From a virus: 41,181 bases of DNA. The position numbers were made by a program, and so were the translations under genes. The stretch spans positions 1 through 41,181 of IMG/VR virus record IMGVR_UViG_3300020202_000046. One strand, written 5' to 3'. Numbering within the stretch: the first letter of the stretch is position 1; each line of letters starts with the position of its first letter. Positions 32,813-39,396 of the stretch are shown piece by piece. The notes under the pieces were generated by a model. That model was not told the origin of the DNA, did not search any database, and saw nothing but the letters and a program-made list of their open reading frames with translations.

Positions 32813-34373
32813 ATGCTGACCGCCTTAATTGTTGAATATGTGAAAATTGGTTGCCTATTTGGCTCACAACGTTTTGTTGCGAGGTTTGGCCAATCTGTAA
32901 TAAGTTCTCAAGCGTTTTATCAATGAAGCCTATTTTTACGGCGTCATAAAATGTATCGGCAATATCATCATGGGCGTGTGTGTTGTTAGCGGTTATTTTG
33001 CCCATGTGTTCAATAAATATATTGACCAGCTTGTTATCTTTGACTATCCACAGCTTGCCCTCGCTCATGAGCGACACACGACCAGAGGCCGCATAGGGCT
33101 GGGCCTCTAAGAAACGCGCTGTTTTGCTGCCAGAGGCGCGTGTACGCTCAATCTGGATAATTTTTAAGCCCTGCAGCTTGCTTAATGTTGATGAGAGCGT
33201 GACGCCGGTTGATTTCTTCTCGATTGCCGCATACATGGGCTTTACGTAGTGGCGCAAGCAGCCAGCGTAGAATTCCATGAACTCATCCTCTAAGTGCTTG
33301 GGCTCTATCCAGTCCTCGCGCAAATGAATTAAATGCAGCCCCAAAATGCCACTGCTGGCTTCTCGGTGTTTGATATCGTATAGGCCCCAAAAGCTAAACA
33401 CGGTGGGATCGTTATAGTCTTTGTCGGTTTCTGCAGTATCTGCAGTAATAAAGGTCACCAATAGCTCTGGCTCTTTATCTAAAAGCACAAAATCTTTTTC
33501 AAGATAAATAGCGCCGCCTGCGGGCTGTGGGTCTTGCTGATATTGCGCATAGAAAACGTATTTATTGAACTCGCGCATGGTTTTAAGCTGCTCTTTTGTC
33601 TTGACGTTTTCATCCAGCGCATTGCCTGCATCATCCAGGCCTTTTAAAACAACCTTTGTCCACTGATAGCCATCCCTGCCCGCTTTGAAATAAGCCGCTA
33701 AATCGGCCTCATGGAGACATTGGCCTAAGAATATTTGGGAAACGTTAGGACCGCGCACACGCTGAGCAATCGTCTCGTTATAGTTGCGTATAACGCTCTC
33801 GCGCATTGTGTCTGAATGGACTTCATCGGGTTTATGCATATCATCCATGATTAAACCGCCTGTATAGCGGCTACAGTCGGGGAAACCAGCATCCTTACCC
33901 GTGACAGCGCCTCCACTGCCAAACGCTTTAATAGCGCCGCCTCCGGTGATTTTAAAGTTATCTCTCGCTGAAGAGTCGCCATCGATTTCAATACCAAATA
34001 AGCGCCGGTATTGCGGCAGTGCTACGATGCTTTTAATGACAGCCGTATTCTTGCTGGCCTCATCATGCGAATAGCTAAGATAGAGAAACTGGCAATCTGA
34101 ATAATTTGCCCAGGCCCAGGCGACAAAGTGTTGCAGCAGTGTACTTTTGTAATGGCCTGGCGGCAGATTAATGATTAAGCGAAACGTCTCAAGATTAAAT
34201 ACCTTTGTGAGTTCTCGGCAGACTGTAATGTGATGGGATTCCCGCCCTATGGGCTGGCTTAATGAAAAGTCTCGACCCGTGCGAAACCTGAAGAATACTT
34301 GGATAAAGAAAAGCAGCGAGCCTTTTAGTTTAGCTCTAAACTCAAGTAATTCTGGATCGGTTTCAATATGCAT
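32805..34373 (-). CDS. terL: terminase large subunit
   Basis: Walker A-like LPPGHYKST and Walker B GGLIMDDMHKPDE. The C-terminal RNaseH-like nuclease region contains TFITADTAETDKDYNDPTVF. Confidence 0.88.
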   Translation of the reverse strand: MHIETDPELLEFRAKLKGSLLFFIQVFFRFRTGRDFSLSQPIGRESHHITVCRELTKVFNLETFRLIINLPPGHYKSTLLQHFVAWAWANYSDCQFLYLSYSHDEASKNTAVIKSIVALPQYRRLFGIEIDGDSSARDNFKITGGGAIKAFGSGGAVTGKDAGFPDCSRYTGGLIMDDMHKPDEVHSDTMRESVIRNYNETIAQRVRGPNVSQIFLGQCLHEADLAAYFKAGRDGYQWTKVVLKGLDDAGNALDENVKTKEQLKTMREFNKYVFYAQYQQDPQPAGGAIYLEKDFVLLDKEPELLVTFITADTAETDKDYNDPTVFSFWGLYDIKHREASSGILGLHLIHLREDWIEPKHLEDEFMEFYAGCLRHYVKPMYAAIEKKSTGVTLSSTLSKLQGLKIIQIERTRASGSKTARFLEAQPYAASGRVSLMSEGKLWIVKDNKLVNIFIEHMGKITANNTHAHDDIADTFYDAVKIGFIDKTLENLLQIGQTSQQNVVSQIGNQFSHIQQLRRSAYG

Positions 34374-34380
34374 GGCATTG

Positions 34381-34707
34381 TTAGTACTCTTTCTTGAATT
34401 TCTTGTTTAGCCTGTCTTCTGTTTCTTTAAGCTCTTTTTTAAGGGCTTCCGTCTCTGCCTTAAGCGCCTCGTTCTCTTCTGAGTTATTCATTTCAACTGC
34501 TTTTAAAATGGGAGCGATACGCGCTACCAATTCTTTATCTGCTTTAAAGCGCAATTCTGGCTCTGCTGTCTCGTCCTTTGCCAGCTTAATCAACGCCTGT
34601 ACGGGATCATGTTTTTCTTTTTGCAGCGCTGCCATCACATCGTAATAGCGTGAGCGGCTATCTTTTACGCCCTTTGGTCTACCTGCATTACCTTTTTTGA
34701 ATGGCAT
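34381..34707 (-). CDS. terminase small subunit candidate (108 aa)
   Basis: It lies immediately upstream of terL. The N-terminal FKKGNAGRPKG motif is as seen in DUF5681-type terL-adjacent proteins, and the C-terminus is a coiled coil. Confidence 0.45.
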   Translation of the reverse strand: MPFKKGNAGRPKGVKDSRSRYYDVMAALQKEKHDPVQALIKLAKDETAEPELRFKADKELVARIAPILKAVEMNNSEENEALKAETEALKKELKETEDRLNKKFKKEY

Positions 34708-34791
34708 GATTTATTTGTGTTCTAAAATTAACCAAATTTAATGATAATCGCCCAAGAAATTAATAGCCCAATTGCATAGGCAATAAGGAGA

Positions 34792-35070
34792 TTAATCATT
34801 TTTCTTTCCCTTGGCTGGCCGTCCGCGCTTCTTAGCGGCTACAGCTTTTTCAATTGCACCGCCAAGCTCTCTGCATGCGCCTGCAATTTCTTTTACAGAT
34901 GGATGTTCACCGTTCAGCTTTTGAAATTCTTCTGGTTTTGTATCAGTAGCAATCGGCTTCTCCTCCTTCCATCCCAGCCCATTGCAATCCGTACACTTAA
35001 CCAGCATATAGCCGCAGCCGCGCACTTGTTTTTGACCGTTACACGTGGAACATTTAATTATTTCAGACAC
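34792..35070 (-). CDS. DnaJ-type CxxCxGxG zinc-finger mini-protein (92 aa), first gene of the packaging operon
   Basis: CSTCNGQKQVRGCGYMLVKCTDCNGLG. GTG start at 35070. Confidence 0.6.
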   Translation of the reverse strand: MSEIIKCSTCNGQKQVRGCGYMLVKCTDCNGLGWKEEKPIATDTKPEEFQKLNGEHPSVKEIAGACRELGGAIEKAVAAKKRGRPAKGKKND

Positions 35071-35138
35071 AGAAACCCCGTTTTAAAGATATTTGGGGCT
35101 TATCTTAGGGCAGATTAAAATTGCTTAATAAGCAAATA

Positions 35139-35158
35139 CTGAGGGGAAATGAGGGGAT
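35139..35158 (-). promoter_or_regulatory. late-operon motif copy 1 (minus strand ATCCCCTCATTTCCCCTCAG)
   Basis: Read directly. It lies in the 88-bp gap ahead of the packaging operon. A TAATCT hexamer lies downstream, without a good -35. Confidence 0.45.
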
Positions 35159-35497
35159 TTATTTTGGTAATTCGGGAATCGGCATCCAGTGGGTTACTTC
35201 AGCATGCGCATAACACTTCCAGCAAGGAAGATAATCATCATATCCATTGCCATCGCATTTCCACGGTTCTTTTTCATCGCTAGCATAAAAACCCAGCCTA
35301 TCTTCTCCGGTTTTAAGTCTAAACAGAACGCATTCTTTGTGAATAGGGAGCCGCTCTTTAACGTCAATCCAGCCATCATCCACAGTCACCAGCTTTTCTT
35401 CAATAATGCAAACATGATACGGGGTGAGCCACCTGTTTAGCTTGAATTCTTCCTCAGTGTAATTTTTAAACCACGTCTTAAACTCTACTATGGTCAT
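35159..35497 (-). CDS. DUF551-domain protein
   Basis: WIDVKERLPIHKECVLF...EVTHWMPIPELPK matches the DUF551 pattern. Confidence 0.65.
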   Translation of the reverse strand: MTIVEFKTWFKNYTEEEFKLNRWLTPYHVCIIEEKLVTVDDGWIDVKERLPIHKECVLFRLKTGEDRLGFYASDEKEPWKCDGNGYDDYLPCWKCYAHAEVTHWMPIPELPK

Positions 35498-35682
35498 TTT
35501 TTTAATTCACTCCATTTGACAATGTCTCCAGAGAGCGTTTCACCTGTGCTGGTGTTTGTGCAGTACGATATATATGTTCCCGTAGCCATTAAGTCTCCGG
35601 CTCTTTTGCAAGCATCCAGAGAATCGTAAGGCACGGTAACAGTTGTACTGTAACCGAGGGCAATAATAAGCACCCACTTCAC
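35494..35682 (-). CDS. small secreted/membrane-anchored protein (62 aa)
   Basis: Hydrophobic N-terminus MKWVLIIALGYSTTV. GTG start. Confidence 0.5.
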   Translation of the reverse strand: MKWVLIIALGYSTTVTVPYDSLDACKRAGDLMATGTYISYCTNTSTGETLSGDIVKWSELKK

Positions 35683-35713
35683 CTAAAAATTCTCCATTAA
35701 TACCCAAAACACT

Positions 35714-35923
35714 CTAAACTCTGCTAGGGTCATTTTTTTCATTATCCTTTATTTCTTTAGAATCTGTTGAATAAAGTTTGGCGCTACACTTAACATTCAT
35801 TTCATTCGTATGTACGTTACCCGCCCTACCGCAAACAATGCAAGAATTTTCCCTGTCTTGAGGAAATCCCAACAAATCATTTCCAGCAGAATTATACCCA
35901 AACAAATCACCTAAAATAGTCAT
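35714..35923 (-). CDS. hypothetical protein (69 aa)
   Basis: Track ORF, contiguous with the upstream stop. Confidence 0.5.
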   Translation of the reverse strand: MTILGDLFGYNSAGNDLLGFPQDRENSCIVCGRAGNVHTNEMNVKCSAKLYSTDSKEIKDNEKNDPSRV

Positions 35924-36226
35924 CTAAAAATTCTCCACAAAAAACTTCTCAATCACGGCCTCAAACGCCTTAATATCAAACTCGCCGCCCTCGCCGCTTT
36001 GGCGGCCAATCCAGACTTTATCGGGGCGAGTACCATTTGCGATGAATAAATCGCCTATATTAATGCGATCATCCAGATTAATACCGACTACAGGAAATGC
36101 GCCAGTATTATCAGGAATTTTAAATTCCTCGCCTTGGCTCCTTTTTATGTGTTTTATGATGGCCTTTCTAAACCTTTCTTTTTCATCTGGCGTTCTGTCT
36201 TTCAGCATTTCTAATGACTCGCTCAC
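35924..36226 (-). CDS. hypothetical protein (100 aa)
   Basis: Start moved to GTG 36226 (GTGA overlap with the DUF2829 stop, GGAGGTGG SD). The track uses TTG 36241. Confidence 0.55.
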   Translation of the reverse strand: MSESLEMLKDRTPDEKERFRKAIIKHIKRSQGEEFKIPDNTGAFPVVGINLDDRINIGDLFIANGTRPDKVWIGRQSGEGGEFDIKAFEAVIEKFFVENF

Positions 36227-36429
36227 TCCACCACCTCCCAATCATCGGCCAGGACATCTTCTACCCTAAGATTATCAATTTGATGCAAAATAGATTCTCC
36301 GTTTTCCTCGGTATAAAAATACATTTCTCCTGCATTTATGAATATCGGGAAAGTTGTGCGGCTTTCACTTATTTTTCTCATAACAGGTTTCCCCGCCTTC
36401 ATCGCTTCAAGTGCTTGGCTGAAGTTCAT
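36223..36429 (-). CDS. DUF2829-family protein (Tad2-like)
   Basis: MNFSQALEAMKAGKPVMRK at the N-terminus and EDVLADDWEVVE at the C-terminus are the classic DUF2829 termini. Confidence 0.7.
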   Translation of the reverse strand: MNFSQALEAMKAGKPVMRKISESRTTFPIFINAGEMYFYTEENGESILHQIDNLRVEDVLADDWEVVE

Positions 36430-36878
36430 TTTTGAGCCTCATTAACAGGATATATTTCAGTTAGGTAACTATTTTCGATAAGATAAATAAGAAATCTAGC
36501 AGCTAAATTGGCTATATTATAATCCTGACAAAAAAGTGCAGGAACATTCTTAAATCTTTCTTCTGTGTCTCTGATGCTGATAGCATTTTCCGTTACATGG
36601 TAAGAACATTCTATTAGATTTATTCCGGTCGGAAGTTTTATCCATAGTTCGACAAATGTGAATGCTGAATAAAAACTAAGAAAATACGGGCTATTATCTT
36701 TAACCGGATCAATCAGAAGCTCTACTACATGCTCACAATCTTTGCAATCAGGCACTAGCTCATTATGGGCACAGTCTCTATCATCCCTCCAATAATGTGC
36801 ACTCTCCTGTCGCACGCCCAACGTTTTGAGGCGCTTAGCCAGCTCTAGCGACACTACCTGTTGCTCGATTGGTATCAT
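36426..36878 (-). CDS. hypothetical protein (150 aa)
   Basis: Start moved to ATG 36878 (MIPIEQQ), behind a GGAGGATTGAA SD. SLELAKRLKTLGV is a pattern common in phage hypothetical proteins. Confidence 0.6.
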   Translation of the reverse strand: MIPIEQQVVSLELAKRLKTLGVRQESAHYWRDDRDCAHNELVPDCKDCEHVVELLIDPVKDNSPYFLSFYSAFTFVELWIKLPTGINLIECSYHVTENAISIRDTEERFKNVPALFCQDYNIANLAARFLIYLIENSYLTEIYPVNEAQK

Positions 36879-36946
36879 TTCAATCCTCCGCACCGCATTT
36901 TTTACATTCTAAATTTAAATCACTCATCATTCCTCCTTATCTAAAC

Positions 36947-37052
36947 TGGAGGCGGCAGGATGGACTCGAACCATCTAGGGCGCGCGCATTAGCTTGCCGA
37001 TTGCCCACTTGTAGCTAACCAAGCGCGTGTCACCAGCCACGCCGCTACCACC
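36947..37052 (-). ncRNA. tRNA-like element B (106 nt): cloverleaf-compatible non-canonical tRNA
   Basis: Minus strand: GGTGGTAG-CG-GCGTG(GCTGGTGA)CACGC-G-GCTTG(GTTAGCTA)CAAGT-[31-nt arm closed by GGGC/GCCC]-GATGG(TTCGAGT)CCATC-CTGCCGCC-T-CCA. All helices were checked by hand. No ORF covers it. Confidence 0.6.
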
Positions 37053-37089
37053 ATAAATCATTATCCAACATTCCGGAAAAGCCGGAAAG

Positions 37090-37266
37090 TTATTTCCCCC
37101 TCACATCCCGCTCCGGTATAAACCACGTATGCCCACACTCGCACTTACGCGCATTCGGGAAGTGTATCTTGCGCCCGCTCTCTTGATGCTTGAGCTTTGC
37201 TCTGATGCGCTGCTCGCAAACGCCCTGAAGCTTGGCGACTTGTTTTGTGCTGAGTTCTTTTTTCAT
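37090..37266 (-). CDS. small excisionase-family HTH DNA-binding protein (58 aa, below the track cut-off); candidate late regulator
   Basis: Manual translation: MKKELSTKQVAKLQGVCEQRIRAKLKHQESGRKIHFPNARKCECGHTWFIPERDVRGK (HTH_17-like). Confidence 0.55.
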   Translation of the reverse strand: MKKELSTKQVAKLQGVCEQRIRAKLKHQESGRKIHFPNARKCECGHTWFIPERDVRGK

Positions 37267-37329
37267 ACTATTTGCATTAACAATATTCGTTAAAAATGCG
37301 ATCCGCGTTCATTTTGCCCAATATATTAT

Positions 37330-37557
37330 TTAGCTTGTTGAAGCATCTTTAAAATGTTCGGCCAAAACTTTTGCGATCGGCAGACAAAAATAACCACTTT
37401 TCCCTATCCAGTTGTTTATTAGTTTTTCTTCATAAGCTTTAATGAGTGATTTTAATGTCCAGCAACGAAGATTCACATATACGTGCACGAAAACGTTTTT
37501 ATCTTCCATATACTTAAGTAAGCTATTACCGGATCTTTTGTATTTTGTAGTTTTCAT
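37330..37557 (-). CDS. hypothetical protein (75 aa)
   Basis: Track ORF. Confidence 0.5.
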   Translation of the reverse strand: MKTTKYKRSGNSLLKYMEDKNVFVHVYVNLRCWTLKSLIKAYEEKLINNWIGKSGYFCLPIAKVLAEHFKDASTS

Positions 37558-37606
37558 GATATATCCCCTGTTTTGTTTTAAGTCGTTTATACTGCTGTTT
37601 AGCCCC

Positions 37607-37631
37607 GCGTTATTGCTGAGCTTGAGTACAC
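37607..37631 (-). repeat. 25-bp direct repeat copy 1 (minus strand GTGTACTCAAGCTCAGCAATAACGC)
   Basis: Identical to 37857-37881, read directly. Intergenic. Confidence 0.9.
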
Positions 37632-37643
37632 TTTTTTATTTGC

Positions 37644-37832
37644 TTAGTCGTGAGTTCTTTTATTTTTGCTATAGCGCTCTGCTAATTCATTCATCTGTTT
37701 TATATATTCGATTTCTTGTTCTTCCGGTGTTTTATATTCAGACTCATGAGCAAGCAATACATTTTTTACAGTTTCTTTAATGATCGGCTCCAAAAATTCT
37801 TTTTGTCTTTCTATTTCAGCTTTAGTTATCAT
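37644..37832 (-). CDS. hypothetical protein (62 aa)
   Basis: Track ORF with an AAGGAG SD upstream. Confidence 0.55.
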   Translation of the reverse strand: MITKAEIERQKEFLEPIIKETVKNVLLAHESEYKTPEEQEIEYIKQMNELAERYSKNKRTHD

Positions 37833-37856
37833 ACTGTTCTCCTTGATTCAGGCTCT

Positions 37857-37881
37857 GCGTTATTGCTGAGCTTGAGTACAC
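37857..37881 (-). repeat. 25-bp direct repeat copy 2, overlapping the -10 and initial transcribed region of the 37880-37908 promoter
   Basis: Identical to 37607-37631, read directly. Confidence 0.9.
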
Positions 37882-37908
37882 TATAGCGCATCGCTATAAG
37901 CATGTCAA
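37880..37908 (-). promoter_or_regulatory. near-consensus sigma70 promoter inside the leftward gene block
   Basis: Minus strand: TTGACA (37908-37903), a 17-nt spacer TGCTTATAGCGATGCGC, then TATAGT (37885-37880). Confidence 0.65.
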
Positions 37909-37916
37909 CAGGAGAT

Positions 37917-38288
37917 TCACCCTATTTTGTTCGATTGGTCAGTTTTAGAACAGTTACATCTGTATGCCTTCATAATCATCTTCCGCCTATTGTTCAAGCG
38001 CTTTCTAAGCTCTTCGTTTTCAGCTTTTAGCTTTGCGTTTGTTTCGCGCTCATCAAAATATCTATTAACGCTGGTATTTTCTAGCTCCTCAATCTTATTC
38101 CGCGCCTTGGTTAGCTTTACGCGAGTGACCATGAGTTCGTGTTTTAGTCGTTTAATTTCATGCTCGGCGCTATCTAGCATAAATTGGAATTTAAATCGCT
38201 GTCGGATATGTTCAGACGCAGTAACAACTTCATCAAGATTAACTTCTGGAAATAGCCATTTCTTCAAAAACGCTTTTATCTTATTCAC
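37917..38288 (-). CDS. hypothetical coiled-coil protein (123 aa)
   Basis: Track ORF with a heptad-rich sequence. Confidence 0.6.
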   Translation of the reverse strand: MNKIKAFLKKWLFPEVNLDEVVTASEHIRQRFKFQFMLDSAEHEIKRLKHELMVTRVKLTKARNKIEELENTSVNRYFDERETNAKLKAENEELRKRLNNRRKMIMKAYRCNCSKTDQSNKIG

Positions 38289-38698
38289 TAGCTCACCGCT
38301 TTAGCCAATATCTGGTGCGCAAGCCATAGCTTCGGCTGGAAAATGGCGACCCAGTTCCAGGTGCCTAATACAGCACAAATAGCGCAAATTGAAGCAATGG
38401 CTAATATGACGGAAATTATTATAATTGAAATAACATACTCAGGATAATCTGAAAATTCTCCGCCAAAGCTATGTTTACTTTTCCCTTCCATCATTTTGTG
38501 AACACGCGCAATTAGTTTTTTTATAACTATTGCGCCGATAATTGATGAAACCACGCAAACTAAGCCTATAACAATATTTCCGATTGCATCAATCCTAATC
38601 GCACCCAACCCAAAATTCACCGCATCCGCTGCATTATCTTTCACAATGCTTTGCAGCTGCGTGATAACTTCAACTAGCTTTGTTTGTAAATCGCTCAC
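38288..38698 (-). CDS. hypothetical multi-TM membrane protein (136 aa)
   Basis: Track ORF. Hydrophobic segments include IVIGLVCVVSSIIGAIVI and VISIIIISVILAIASICAICAVL. GTG start behind a GAGGAG SD. Confidence 0.6.
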   Translation of the reverse strand: MSDLQTKLVEVITQLQSIVKDNAADAVNFGLGAIRIDAIGNIVIGLVCVVSSIIGAIVIKKLIARVHKMMEGKSKHSFGGEFSDYPEYVISIIIISVILAIASICAICAVLGTWNWVAIFQPKLWLAHQILAKAVS

Positions 38699-38735
38699 TC
38701 TGCTTTCTCCTCTATTAAATTGCTATTTTGTTGAT

Positions 38736-39182
38736 CTAAACAGTAAATTTTACTCTCGGACAATCGTTATTCAAGCACTCATACTTCTGCTGGCTCTTTG
38801 TATCATGCCCATCTTTGCGCACATTGGCCGTCTTGCATTCAGGACAAAATATCGTCTTCACTCTATCCGTTTCTTTAATCAAGCTCAGCCAATCTTGCGC
38901 CGGCATAATCACTAGCCAATCGTGATTGTTTCGTCTGTGTGCAACGACAGGCAGCTTGTAATCACCCGCATCACGCTTAGCCTGGGCCACTGCATCATAG
39001 GCATTAAACTTTTCCGTATACTTCACTTCAAAGTGAACGCTTGGCAATGCATTACAGACAACATCGGGGCTGTCTTTGCTTCCGCAAAACTGCTGACCAC
39101 GGCGAGCGTCAAAGCCGTGTTCGATTAGCAGGTTTTTGAAATCGAGTTCCCCGCGTTTTCCTTTTTGTTTTGAATTAATCAA
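38736..39182 (-). CDS. Hjc-type PD-(D/E)xK nuclease (Holliday-junction-resolvase-like) with C-terminal Zn ribbon
   Basis: KGKRGELDF...SPDVV...HFEVKY gives the E, D, ExK arrangement. The C-terminal CPECK...YECLNNDCP forms the Zn ribbon. Confidence 0.6.
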   Translation of the reverse strand: MINSKQKGKRGELDFKNLLIEHGFDARRGQQFCGSKDSPDVVCNALPSVHFEVKYTEKFNAYDAVAQAKRDAGDYKLPVVAHRRNNHDWLVIMPAQDWLSLIKETDRVKTIFCPECKTANVRKDGHDTKSQQKYECLNNDCPRVKFTV

Positions 39183-39192
39183 TCAAATCTCC

Positions 39193-39396
39193 TCAGCTTT
39201 TAACAAACCCTTTGGCGTCACATGTTGGGCAAGGTCTTCTTTCTTGATAAATAGCAACTTTACAATCTCTACAAAAATTAATGGTATTGTTGCTTAGCAT
39301 TTTGTGTTGCTTCTCTATGTCGCAAGAACATAATTTTGAAAATCTATCTTCATCCAATTTCTTTTCGCCGTTACACTTGGGGCATACATGAATCAC
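39193..39396 (-). CDS. Zn-finger mini-protein (67 aa, four CxxC)
   Basis: CPKCNG...CRDCK...CPTCDAKG. GTG start behind an AAGGAG SD. Confidence 0.55.
   Translation of the reverse strand: MIHVCPKCNGEKKLDEDRFSKLCSCDIEKQHKMLSNNTINFCRDCKVAIYQERRPCPTCDAKGFVKS

Noticed and set aside
33046-33054. DnaA-box-like TATCCACAG
   Set aside because: It is a single copy inside terL coding sequence with no clustering. It is consistent with chance.
34728-34799. 23-aa hydrophobic mini-ORF (MINLLIAYAIGLLISWAIIIKFG) between the Zn-finger gene and the terS-like gene
   Set aside because: It is very short and lies in AT-rich sequence with no clear SD. It cannot be distinguished from chance without conservation or ribosome-profiling data.
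36947-37052. Suppressor tRNA implying stop-codon reassignment
   Set aside because: All large genes (terL, portal, coat, fibres, int) are uninterrupted in the standard bacterial code, so there is no evidence for recoding.
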